Part shown: positions 17,028 through 25,384 of the stretch, piece after piece | How positions within the stretch are numbered: the first letter of the stretch is position 1 | Layout of the letters: every line of letters begins with the position of its first letter | Virus record (IMG/VR): IMGVR_UViG_3300028364_000083 | Coordinates: 1-35,186 of that record | DNA from: a virus | Taxonomy: Duplodnaviria > Caudoviricetes | Strand: one strand, 5' to 3' | Length of the DNA stretch: 35,186 nt | Notes under the pieces: generated by a model | Told to the model about the DNA's origin: nothing | Databases searched by the model: none | What the model saw: the letters and a program-made list of their open reading frames with translations, nothing else | Program-made: the position numbers and the translations under genes

Positions 17028-17060
17028 GCGAAGCCGGTTTCGCCGCTCTTTAACAATTTG
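17028..17060 (+). promoter_or_regulatory. boxB-like hairpin plus rrn-type boxA antitermination site
   Basis: Hairpin GCGAAG-CCGG-TTTCGC (17028-17043) immediately followed by CGCTCTTTAACAATTTG (17044-17060). Confidence 0.8.
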
Positions 17061-17163
17061 ACGTATGACGGATGCATCAAGGGCTTTATTAGTCTGAGAA
17101 GTAAGATGATCACTTTGCGATAAGTGTTAAACCTTGTGTTAGTCACCTGTACGTCATGAGCAT

Positions 17164-17180
17164 TGCTCTTTAACAATTTG
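17164..17180 (+). promoter_or_regulatory. Second rrn-type boxA
   Basis: TGCTCTTTAACAATTTG contains the E. coli rrn leader boxA TGCTCTTTAACA and lies 120 bp after the first copy. Confidence 0.85.
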
Positions 17181-17702
17181 GATTAGTTTTAGTTTGTTTA
17201 CTAGCTAGTGATATATGCTTGTAAGGAAAACACCAGTTGATAAACCGTAGCGCCACTACAGTCGAGTACTGTACGCGAAAACAGGTCTTATTTTAGGCTA
17301 CTACGGATAATCAGTGTTGCCCCCTCACAACCTTTAGCGAATGACTAAGAACATTATCGGTAAAACCTACATTAATATATCCTTGATATGCCTTGCGCTT
17401 TCAATGGTCTAGTTCCTTGATGTACTGTTTTACTTTTAATTACTATTAGGTGTCTCGTGTTTATCAAGTTTCATAGAACCAAATTAATGCAATCCTAAAA
17501 TGTGATAAGCTGACTAACAATCTTGCTATTGCATTCCCTTGTATGCTTAGTGCTAGGCATGCATACAGAACACTTTAGTACTCTGTGATTATATCAAGTA
17601 CAAAGCCTATAAGTGTATTGGTGAAACGGTAGCGCGTAAAGTCGATATATAACGGTAAATTGTGCGACCTTTGTCAGTCTTACAAGCTGATGAAAGGGTA
17701 TA

Positions 17703-17722
17703 CACTGTATATTTATACAGTA
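17703..17722. promoter_or_regulatory. LexA (SOS) box
   Basis: CACTGTATATTTATACAGTA matches TACTGTATATATATACAGTA at 18/20, with CTGT-N8-ACAG intact. Confidence 0.7.
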
Positions 17723-17980
17723 GGTATTCGCTAGGATGAAAGAGTTATTATGTACGAATAGGATAAACGAGGGAAAACACAAGGGACGGGACTTGTCTAA
17801 AATACACCGTAAATACCGCAGTGGCGGGAAAGAATACCACCTAATTAATTCATATAATGCGTATTTGCTTGGCAATAAATTGACTAAAATTTTTTATTGC
17901 AATATCTAGCAAGTACGTATCATTATGCGTTAAGCATAGCATCCCAATTTTGGGTAATTAACTTTAAATAGGTGAATAAC

Positions 17981-18571
17981 ATGAAAGTAACTAAAAAATT
18001 ATTGTCTGCTGTATCAACTGGTATCCTTACGTTTGATGCTGATAACTGGCAAGAAAACATTCAAGCAATATTTACGGTAAACAGTACCATACAAGATAAC
18101 ATTCAAGCTTGTGTTGTCTATGGTTTTGATCACTTCAATGTAAACGGTTCTAACAATCCGGACGTGTTTAATTATCTGCTCAAGCTTGCCACCGGTAAAT
18201 ACGGTACAGGCTTAAGAAGTGAAACACTTAAGAAATACATATGTACTCTTACCAGTCTATCTTACAAGAAGATCAAGGGAGAACATGTTTTCTGTAAAGC
18301 GACTAAAAAGTCTAAAGTGGTAACAGTACCGGAGACGCTTGATCAAGCATGGTATCTGTTCGACAAAAAGGGCGTTGCTACCGTTGATATGGATTTTCGG
18401 GCGGCTCTTGAACAATTACATCAACGATTCGGTAAGGCATTCGACGGTGAACTTGATTCGGATACTCGCAAGGTTAACATCAAGAACAAAGACGATGGTC
18501 AAGATCTTATGGGCAAGCTTGAAACATTCTTAGGATCTAACCCAAAAGTACAAGCTGAACCGTCTTTTTAA
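17981..18571 (+). CDS. First early protein, function unknown
   Basis: ATG 17981 follows RBS AGGTG; 196 aa. The ORF-track GTG at 17972 lies within the RBS. Confidence 0.8.
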   Translation: MKVTKKLLSAVSTGILTFDADNWQENIQAIFTVNSTIQDNIQACVVYGFDHFNVNGSNNPDVFNYLLKLATGKYGTGLRSETLKKYICTLTSLSYKKIKGEHVFCKATKKSKVVTVPETLDQAWYLFDKKGVATVDMDFRAALEQLHQRFGKAFDGELDSDTRKVNIKNKDDGQDLMGKLETFLGSNPKVQAEPSF

Positions 18572-18704
18572 CCTATACGTTATACCGTAGTGTATACAAC
18601 CATAGCGCATCTATACGGTGCGCTTTATTGTGTCCATTAAAAAAGCCAAGCATCGCTATCATAATGCTATCACGATTTTACAATTGACAATCAAGGGGAC
18701 AGCC

Positions 18705-18995
18705 ATGTTCACAGCAACGGTATATTTTGATGTTACTACATACTCGGGGATTAGATCTAAGGTATCCGTACAGGTATCAGATGAAAACTTTGAAGTACTC
18801 CCGCATTTAGCGGTATGTTATTTCAACGGGGACGGTGGCGATGTCACAAATTACAGTGATATTGACTTCAAAATTGTCAATCAAGACAACAAAGAGGACA
18901 CCCTGTACATGATGACAAGTATGGTAATGGCAAGGCATGGATACTTTCACCAGTGCAGCAAACTAACTAACAAGGAGGGCATCGCTATGGACTAA
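18705..18995 (+). CDS. Early hypothetical protein
   Basis: ATG 18705 follows AAGGGG; 96 aa starting MFTATVYFDV. Confidence 0.7.
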   Translation: MFTATVYFDVTTYSGIRSKVSVQVSDENFEVLPHLAVCYFNGDGGDVTNYSDIDFKIVNQDNKEDTLYMMTSMVMARHGYFHQCSKLTNKEGIAMD

Positions 18996-19024
18996 ACAAG
19001 CCAGAACCATAAACAATTAAACAC

Positions 19025-19081
19025 TAGAATGTATACAGGTGGCATTTTCTTCGCGGTTTGTGTCACCCGTTATATGTTTTA
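19025..19081 (+). other. Long intergenic stem-loop (RNase III site-like)
   Basis: TAGAATGTATA pairs with TATATGTTTTA and GGTGGCA pairs with TGTCACC (including G-U pairs), separated by a small internal loop. Confidence 0.55.
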
Positions 19082-19126
19082 CCATGCTTTACCGAAGCTC
19101 CCTAACCAACAATCGAGGATACAATC

Positions 19127-19351
19127 ATGCCTAGAATAATACCACAGTACACCTTTACCTTAGATCCTACCTGTAAAGCTCCCAGAGAGGCTCACAGTGG
19201 ACGTTGTAACAAGACCACTGGCACTAGGGTTAGATTTCCTACCGATAGCCTTAGCGTTGCAATGAGGGGCACTACAAAGGGATCACGTAAACAGCGCTTT
19301 AATAGCGTGTCTGCCCGCATAGGTAAAATGCTTAAGGAGCAAGGCTTATGA
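19127..19351 (+). CDS. Early basic hypothetical protein
   Basis: 74 aa with RBS GAGGA. Confidence 0.7.
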   Translation: MPRIIPQYTFTLDPTCKAPREAHSGRCNKTTGTRVRFPTDSLSVAMRGTTKGSRKQRFNSVSARIGKMLKEQGL

Positions 19352-19548
19352 CTGTAATCACTTTAGGTGGTTTACTTCTTTTACTGGTGGCAGTAATGTA
19401 CTTACAGTTCGAGCTTATAGAGTACTTCGATTCCAAAAGTAAGGACTTTTACGTCCTGTTGTACACTGTTTCACTTGTAACGTCTGTGTTCCTGTTTGTA
19501 TGGGTACTGCTTCACTTCATAGGCTCTGTTATAGAGCTAACAGGCTAA
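19348..19548 (+). CDS. Small two-TM membrane protein
   Basis: 66 aa with two hydrophobic segments, an ATGA overlap and RBS AAGGAG. Confidence 0.7.
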   Translation: MTVITLGGLLLLLVAVMYLQFELIEYFDSKSKDFYVLLYTVSLVTSVFLFVWVLLHFIGSVIELTG

Positions 19549-19588
19549 CAAATTAACAAAACAATCAATGGAGCAACAGGAGTAATGT

Positions 19589-19831
19589 ATGGCAAGAGGA
19601 GGGGTAAGAGAGCGTTTTCAGGATGGAACTACAAGGTATCACCATGAGTTCTACAATGAGGATGTGCAGTACAGAGATCGTATAGATGTAAGAGACGATT
19701 CTGGTAAACTTATTAGGGTCTTTTATAACTTCGACCTTAATGAGGTGGTTTCTCTCTGGAGGTATTCGTGTACTCCAGTTATAATAACAGCCGATTGTGG
19801 CTTCACAAGAAGGGTTCATTATGGACATTAA
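19589..19831 (+). CDS. Hypothetical protein
   Basis: 80 aa with RBS AGGAG. Confidence 0.65.
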   Translation: MARGGVRERFQDGTTRYHHEFYNEDVQYRDRIDVRDDSGKLIRVFYNFDLNEVVSLWRYSCTPVIITADCGFTRRVHYGH

Positions 19832-20048
19832 CTACATCAAGAGTATTCCGCACAAGGGGTTAAACAAGCCAGAGCTTAGAAGATTAAGTGGGCATAACTT
19901 AGCGGAAAAGAGAGCGGTACAGGTTGAACTTAAAGTACCTAACATGACATACCACCGTATGAAGTACTTACAGAGTCAGTTAAGGTACTTAACGCAAGAG
20001 TACAGAAGTATACTATTAGGATATAAAGCTTTAAACAGTAATGATTAG
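19821..20048 (+). CDS. Basic hypothetical protein
   Basis: The likely start is ATG 19821 (MDINYIK) after AAGGG; 75 aa. Confidence 0.6.
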   Translation: MDINYIKSIPHKGLNKPELRRLSGHNLAEKRAVQVELKVPNMTYHRMKYLQSQLRYLTQEYRSILLGYKALNSND

Positions 20049-20147
20049 CTATTCAAGTAGTAATTCAGGTAATTATTTATTAGTTATTAGTTATATTTAT
20101 TTAACAATTATCTAATACTTAACTACATCCCCTTACCCCTTACTAGA

Positions 20148-20175
20148 TTGGACTACAACATATTTAATAAGTTCA
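20148..20175 (-). promoter_or_regulatory. sigmaE/ECF-like promoter, antisense to the early genes
   Basis: Intergenic minus-strand TGAACT-N16-GTCCAA, followed by G-rich and then AT-rich sequence as at 16027-16055. Confidence 0.6.
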
Positions 20176-20193
20176 GTCAGAGGATAAAATAAA

Positions 20194-21117
20194 ATGACAA
20201 CTGTAAGAATTACATCTGTTCAAGGTCAGTTTTTAGACCTTTCAGCAGGATGCTTGTGTATACTAGGGAAGAATCCTAACTACGCAGAAAGCCTTCGCTT
20301 CCAGTGTAATAATAAGCTAGAACATGGCTACGTACTGGACACCCTTACCTTCCTGAAAACAGGGATTGATCACAAAATCCTTAACGATAGAGAAAAACAG
20401 GTAGCAGATAGGTTAATCGGTATGTTACCTTTTATGCGTACTATGGTCAGTACAGAGGGCAACATGCCTGTGTTTAACATAAAAGACTTCACAAGAAATG
20501 AGGTCATGCACGCTATGTTTCACTACAGGACTATCTTTACTGGTTTAGGATCATCCCGAATACTTAAGCATCTGAGTTCATTTGCTGGGGTAGTGTATAC
20601 CTTCATGGATCACTACAATCTACCTTTCTGGAAGGCTTATATGCTTGCATGTACACCTACGGCCTTAAGCCCTGCGTATTCCTGTACTGAGGGAAATAAT
20701 GCACTACGCATAGCATCAAGGTTGTACAACAACGATGCTAACTTGTATGACTACTCTCAGTCTTGCTTAGAGGTATTCGTAGACTTCCTATCAGGTAAGC
20801 CACCTGTAGATAATTACATCGGAGATACCTTTCAAGAAGAAATACCTAAAGAATCATCTTACCCTCAGAACGTATCTCTGTACCTTAAACCTTTACGACT
20901 ACACCAAAGTAAACGTATGGACAGATTTTGGAATGATATAGCTAGAGAAATGGCTAGAACATGCAAAGGAGTTAAGGGAACTGAGGATCTCTGGGGTGAC
21001 ACCATAACAGAGGCTCAGGTATACGAGACTGTAGAAGATTGGATACTGTGCTTTGACACTGTGTTCGATAAATACACTAAAGAACATAACATCAATACAG
21101 AGGACTTAATGCAATGA
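20194..21117 (+). CDS. Hypothetical protein heading the amidoligase operon
   Basis: 307 aa with RBS GAGGA and an ATGA overlap with the GGCT gene. No motif recognised. Confidence 0.75.
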   Translation: MTTVRITSVQGQFLDLSAGCLCILGKNPNYAESLRFQCNNKLEHGYVLDTLTFLKTGIDHKILNDREKQVADRLIGMLPFMRTMVSTEGNMPVFNIKDFTRNEVMHAMFHYRTIFTGLGSSRILKHLSSFAGVVYTFMDHYNLPFWKAYMLACTPTALSPAYSCTEGNNALRIASRLYNNDANLYDYSQSCLEVFVDFLSGKPPVDNYIGDTFQEEIPKESSYPQNVSLYLKPLRLHQSKRMDRFWNDIAREMARTCKGVKGTEDLWGDTITEAQVYETVEDWILCFDTVFDKYTKEHNINTEDLMQ

Positions 21118-21491
21118 GCACATGCACTAACACAGCCATTAACACAGAATTAGTAGCCGTTTACGGCACACTCAAGCAAGGGCATGGTAATAACCGTCTG
21201 CTATCATCATCCGAATTCATGGGTGCAGAACAGATCAAAGGTTTCAAGATGTTCTCAGCAGGAGGATTTCCTGTTGTATTCCACTCAGAGGACTCCAAAG
21301 ACGAGATCTCTGTGGAAGTATTCATGGTGGAACAAAGTACCTTACAGGGCGATTTAGACCGCTTAGAGGGGCATCCTCGGTGGTACAGACGAGAGCTTAT
21401 TGATGTAAGTATCGGTAAGGCTTGGATTTATGTAATGCAAGATCAGGCTTATGCACGTCCTGAGAGACTAATTAAAACGGGAGTATTTTAA
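21114..21491 (+). CDS. Gamma-glutamylcyclotransferase (AIG2/YtfP-like)
   Basis: VAVYGTLKQG..N and LDRLEGHP.WYRR motifs, including the catalytic Glu. Confidence 0.9.
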   Translation: MSTCTNTAINTELVAVYGTLKQGHGNNRLLSSSEFMGAEQIKGFKMFSAGGFPVVFHSEDSKDEISVEVFMVEQSTLQGDLDRLEGHPRWYRRELIDVSIGKAWIYVMQDQAYARPERLIKTGVF

Positions 21492-22990
21492 TGTGCGGAT
21501 TAGTCGGAGTATACGGTGATTTATTTCACCCACACGTATCATTCTTTAAACAAGCCTTGATTGCGGATTACTTCCGTGGAAGGCATAGCACAGGTTTAGC
21601 AAGTATACCTCCATCGGGTGTACCTTTTATCAAGAAGTTAGCTATCGACCCTATTAACTTCTTAGATATTAAATCTGTAGACGATAACATATCCCAAAAT
21701 AAGATACTTCTTATGGGGCATAACCGCCACGCAACTATGGGAGGTGTGAATGCGGCTAACGCCCACCCTTTCGTACATGGTGACATAACATTAATGCACA
21801 ACGGTACGCTATCTAATAAGTACGCCCTAGAAAAGAAGTACGATGCTCCTACCTTCGGTACAGACTCGGAACTGGTTTGCTACTTACTAGATAAGTACAA
21901 CGTAGAGGACGTTATAAAAGACCTAGAGGGAGCTTTTGCCTTGACTTGGTGGGACTCTCACAACATGACCTTTAACTTCATACGTAACGATGAGCGACCC
22001 CTTACTCTTGCTATCACAGACGACCATGTGTTATACGCATCAGAAGCTAAGATGCTTGAGTGGCTTATAGACCGTAGCAACAAAACAGTATCAGGTTCAA
22101 AAAGTGCAAGCGGTTTAGATGCTAAGTACAATATGTACCAGCCCCTTGCAGGTTGTTTACACACATTCGCTATGGAAAAGCGTAAGGTTACGTGTGTTAC
22201 AGAAGAACTCGAATTAGCCCCAAAGCCTGTGATACGTACCCACTACACCTCAACGGGTATGGGTTCTGGTTTTAGCGGAGGTGCATATGTTAGAGGTGTA
22301 TGGGTTCCTAACAACAGAGATGGTTGGACAACCACAAGCGGAGAGGTCGCTAGGATAGAAGACCAGACTGTTAAGAACCTAGATCGTTTTAATGCTTCAA
22401 AGGGAACTAACTTTCGCAAAGGTGACAAAGTGTTCTGCTATATTGACAAGATTGTTTGTAAGAACGATAAAGTTCCTAATCGTGTTGACTTTGAGATGTC
22501 TCTGGTATGTGACCCTTACTTTGATGTTAAAGCGTATTATTGTGACCTCAGTTCGATCTCGGATATTTCGGATGTATGGTGCATTGAAGCGGAAATAATG
22601 ACTGCTACGTTTACAGGAGAGAGACCCGCTTTAGTGTTGATGAACAAACCTGAGAGCTGGAAGCTCATGCGAAGCGAAGACGATGCAAACACTTGCCCCA
22701 TCTTTAAGCGTTACTGTGACTTTCAAATAGCTCAAGGTGAACATGACGCTGTGTTACCAGACTTTTATGGTGAGTTCGAGGGTTTAGATGGCAGAGATCT
22801 TACCTACAAGGAGTTCAAGGCAAACACAAAAAATGGATGCTGTGTATGTGCTGACCCTATAGATTTAGTTGCAGAGTCTACGCTACAAACAGTAACCTTT
22901 GTCTCAAGCTCCGAGTATGTCTGTGACGGGTGCGTTGACATATGGGATACAGAATACAAATCAGAGTACAGTGAGCTGAACCTACAATAA
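21491..22990 (+). CDS. Class II (Ntn) glutamine amidotransferase with long C-terminal extension
   Basis: Cys2 nucleophile (MCGLVG) plus RG.HSTG, GHNRHAT, NAHPF, HNGTL and TDSE. C-terminal CCVC...CDGC. Confidence 0.92.
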   Translation: MCGLVGVYGDLFHPHVSFFKQALIADYFRGRHSTGLASIPPSGVPFIKKLAIDPINFLDIKSVDDNISQNKILLMGHNRHATMGGVNAANAHPFVHGDITLMHNGTLSNKYALEKKYDAPTFGTDSELVCYLLDKYNVEDVIKDLEGAFALTWWDSHNMTFNFIRNDERPLTLAITDDHVLYASEAKMLEWLIDRSNKTVSGSKSASGLDAKYNMYQPLAGCLHTFAMEKRKVTCVTEELELAPKPVIRTHYTSTGMGSGFSGGAYVRGVWVPNNRDGWTTTSGEVARIEDQTVKNLDRFNASKGTNFRKGDKVFCYIDKIVCKNDKVPNRVDFEMSLVCDPYFDVKAYYCDLSSISDISDVWCIEAEIMTATFTGERPALVLMNKPESWKLMRSEDDANTCPIFKRYCDFQIAQGEHDAVLPDFYGEFEGLDGRDLTYKEFKANTKNGCCVCADPIDLVAESTLQTVTFVSSSEYVCDGCVDIWDTEYKSEYSELNLQ

Positions 22991-23003
22991 CTAGGAGAAC
23001 AAA

Positions 23004-23873
23004 ATGCAAATTCAAACACAAATCGGTTGTGACCCAGAGCTGTTCTTGTTCGATAACAAGCTACAGAGAATTGTCCCTGCTATCGGCAAGATAGGAGGAT
23101 CTAAGCAGAAACCTTTAAAACTGAAGTGCGGAGGCATGGTCCAACTAGATGGTACAGTACTTGAGTTCGGTACTAAGCCTGTGAATACAGGAGGAGAGAG
23201 GTTCTCCGATGCTATACAGGGGAGCATCAACGAGATACGTACTAAGCTAGAGAACAGATTCAAGGGTCGTTATGACCTTCGTTGTGGAGCACTGGCTGGG
23301 TATTCAGCAGAAGACATATCAGATAACCATACAGGATTTGACGTAGGATGCTCCCCTCAGTTCAGTATGGTCGGAAGGACGGCTATTGCTGTTGTTCCTA
23401 TGCGTGTCAGTACTCTAAGTCGAGAGCGTGTACCTGTTGGGGGTCATATCCATTTTGGATTTGGCTGTGATCTTGAACTGACAGACCCAGCTTTACTAGG
23501 AACGATCTCAGCGACACTAAACCTGATGTCAACTGTGGGCTTAGTCCAAAGACTGACCTTTGACACAGGAAACGGTGCGGCCCAGATGAGAGAAGACATC
23601 CTGAACTTACGTCATAATCCTGTAATCAGACCTAAGCCTTACGGTTTTGAACTCCGTAACATGAGCTCTTACTGGCTTGCAGACAGGTCAATACCTGACC
23701 TTATTTCTGGTGTATTCCAACACCTGAGAGACTACAAGGTTAGTGGACATTACTCAGCCTTTGCTCGAGGTGAGGCCCTATCTAGGGAACTAACTACGAA
23801 GTACTCTAAAATCAAGAGAACTACCTCTAGGTTAGACCCTAAGTACCAGAACACAATGCCTTTAGACTTTTAA
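23004..23873 (+). CDS. phiEco32-like COOH-NH2 ligase (type 2)
   Basis: IGCDPELFL, IGGSK..P, DG..LEF, GCSP, GGHIHFG and RPKPYGFELR..S..W motifs. Confidence 0.85.
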   Translation: MQIQTQIGCDPELFLFDNKLQRIVPAIGKIGGSKQKPLKLKCGGMVQLDGTVLEFGTKPVNTGGERFSDAIQGSINEIRTKLENRFKGRYDLRCGALAGYSAEDISDNHTGFDVGCSPQFSMVGRTAIAVVPMRVSTLSRERVPVGGHIHFGFGCDLELTDPALLGTISATLNLMSTVGLVQRLTFDTGNGAAQMREDILNLRHNPVIRPKPYGFELRNMSSYWLADRSIPDLISGVFQHLRDYKVSGHYSAFARGEALSRELTTKYSKIKRTTSRLDPKYQNTMPLDF

Positions 23874-23882
23874 GGAACTACA

Positions 23883-24497
23883 ATGATCAAGAACTTAATA
23901 CCTATAGCCTTAGACCCTGTATCCGTTCAGGGTTATAGCCACAGAGATCTGAACCAGTACTACAGTAACACATTTCTGCTTTACAGAGGTTCAGACGGTG
24001 ATCAAGTAGTCATCTCTATGGAGGTAGACTCTGATAATGCTTTCGTTTGCCGTACTGGTAAGGACTCCGTACTACGGATACATAGCGAATATCTTTTCAG
24101 GTTCACACCCGAGCAAGGTTTCTTTGTCCATAAAGGTAAGCTCATGGAGTACACTTATGTGTTCTCTAAGTCCTACAAAAAGGGACTTAACTACGACTTT
24201 GTTAGGTTCAACGAGTCCGGTTCTCGTGGATTTCACAGTTCAAGGGGCGGTACTCTATCCCATATATTGTATTTAGAGGCTGTTTTAGATCAGAGTACGG
24301 CTTGCAGTGACCCTACTGAGACTATTATCTCCAAGCGTATATGCTGTTCAGGTGGTAAGATACATATGGCTCTAGTCGGAAAGACCGTAGGCGATTACGA
24401 TGGAGAACTGAAGACACCTTTTGGATCAATTATCGAACGAACTAACCTTAACAAAGGAGATATAGTATGCCATTTAACACAATTGAAAGCTATCTAA
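23883..24497 (+). CDS. Hypothetical protein in the amidoligase operon
   Basis: 204 aa with RBS AAGGA, lying between the two ligases. Confidence 0.75.
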   Translation: MIKNLIPIALDPVSVQGYSHRDLNQYYSNTFLLYRGSDGDQVVISMEVDSDNAFVCRTGKDSVLRIHSEYLFRFTPEQGFFVHKGKLMEYTYVFSKSYKKGLNYDFVRFNESGSRGFHSSRGGTLSHILYLEAVLDQSTACSDPTETIISKRICCSGGKIHMALVGKTVGDYDGELKTPFGSIIERTNLNKGDIVCHLTQLKAI

Positions 24498-25384
24498 AAG
24501 AGACTAATAACCGATTCCGTAATCCCTTACTGTTCGAGCCTAAGAGACTCTCTCGTAATTACGCTGTAGGTATAGAGCTAGAGCTAGAGGGTGTGACCCG
24601 TACTCCAGACTTAAATTCTACGTTGTGGACGATAGAGGGTGACGGCTCCTTGCGCGGCAACGGTATGGAAATTAAGTGCGCTAAGGCTTTGTCTGGTGTT
24701 AAGCTAGAAAAAGCTATAGTAGACCTTGACGAATGCTTAGCTAATCAAGACTACACGATAAGCGAACGCTGTAGTACACACATCCATGTAGACGTTAGCG
24801 ATATGTCTGGTCAGCAAGTGTACAACATGCTTCTGCTATCATCAATGTTCGAGCATGTGTTATTCAGGTTGTTCGGTAACACAAGACTAAGTAACACGTT
24901 CTGTATGCCTGTAGATACAGGTACTACTAACTTCCAGAACATAGCAAGGTTAGGCGGTAATCCCACTATTGAAAGCATAATGGGCACTACATGGTCTAAG
25001 TACGCAGGTATATCCTTGAATCGTATACGTGATCTAGGAACAATCGAGTACCGTATGTTCTGCCCTATGGTTACATCCGAGGCTTACTTCCGAGTGCTAG
25101 AGTTCCTATTCGCCTTAAAGACAGAGTCTATGGGTATGGAGTCAGCACAAGAGATAATCACTTACAAGAAAGCCCACAGCTTAAGCGACCTGTTCACTAG
25201 ACTGTTCCCTAACGAAGCGTACATGGAAGACTACGAAGCTCTAGTAGAGAGAGGGGTTCAGACTGTGAATGATGTTCTGGTCATCGCAGAGCTTTCAGAA
25301 TACACTAAAGTACGAGAGAAAAAGATCAATAAAGAGATCAGGGTACTTTCTAATGAACTAGATACAATCGAAAGAGGTATATAA
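24467..25384 (+). CDS. Putative amidoligase (glutamate-cysteine ligase-like COOH-NH2 ligase)
   Basis: VGIELELEG, W....DGSLRG.GME, RCSTHIHVD, KY and GTIEYR motifs; RBS AAGGAG. Confidence 0.88.
   Translation: MPFNTIESYLKETNNRFRNPLLFEPKRLSRNYAVGIELELEGVTRTPDLNSTLWTIEGDGSLRGNGMEIKCAKALSGVKLEKAIVDLDECLANQDYTISERCSTHIHVDVSDMSGQQVYNMLLLSSMFEHVLFRLFGNTRLSNTFCMPVDTGTTNFQNIARLGGNPTIESIMGTTWSKYAGISLNRIRDLGTIEYRMFCPMVTSEAYFRVLEFLFALKTESMGMESAQEIITYKKAHSLSDLFTRLFPNEAYMEDYEALVERGVQTVNDVLVIAELSEYTKVREKKINKEIRVLSNELDTIERGI

Larger units (their letters stand above)
17059..17955 (+). ncRNA. Candidate long structured non-coding RNA or highly structured early leader
   Basis: No plus-strand ORF of 60 aa or more. 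Nested inverted repeats cover most of the interval, with G-U pairs on the plus strand. It follows or contains the boxA sites. Confidence 0.45.

Noticed and set aside
17044-17180. CRISPR-like mini-array from the repeated 16-mer
   Set aside because: There are only two short copies with a ~100-nt spacer and no cas genes, and the sequence matches boxA.
17620-17745. Hammerhead ribozyme (CTGATGA near 17687 with GAAA nearby)
   Set aside because: Stems I-III cannot be formed around the core in any permutation I tried, and CTGAT is better explained as one arm of a local hairpin.
17736-17909. 57-codon plus-strand ORF in the early leader
   Set aside because: It has no well-spaced RBS and runs through a long stem. 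It is not called as a gene, though it cannot be excluded.
21491-22990. GlmS (glucosamine-6-phosphate synthase) as an auxiliary metabolic gene
   Set aside because: Only the glutaminase domain is present, with no SIS domains, and the context is the amidoligase operon.
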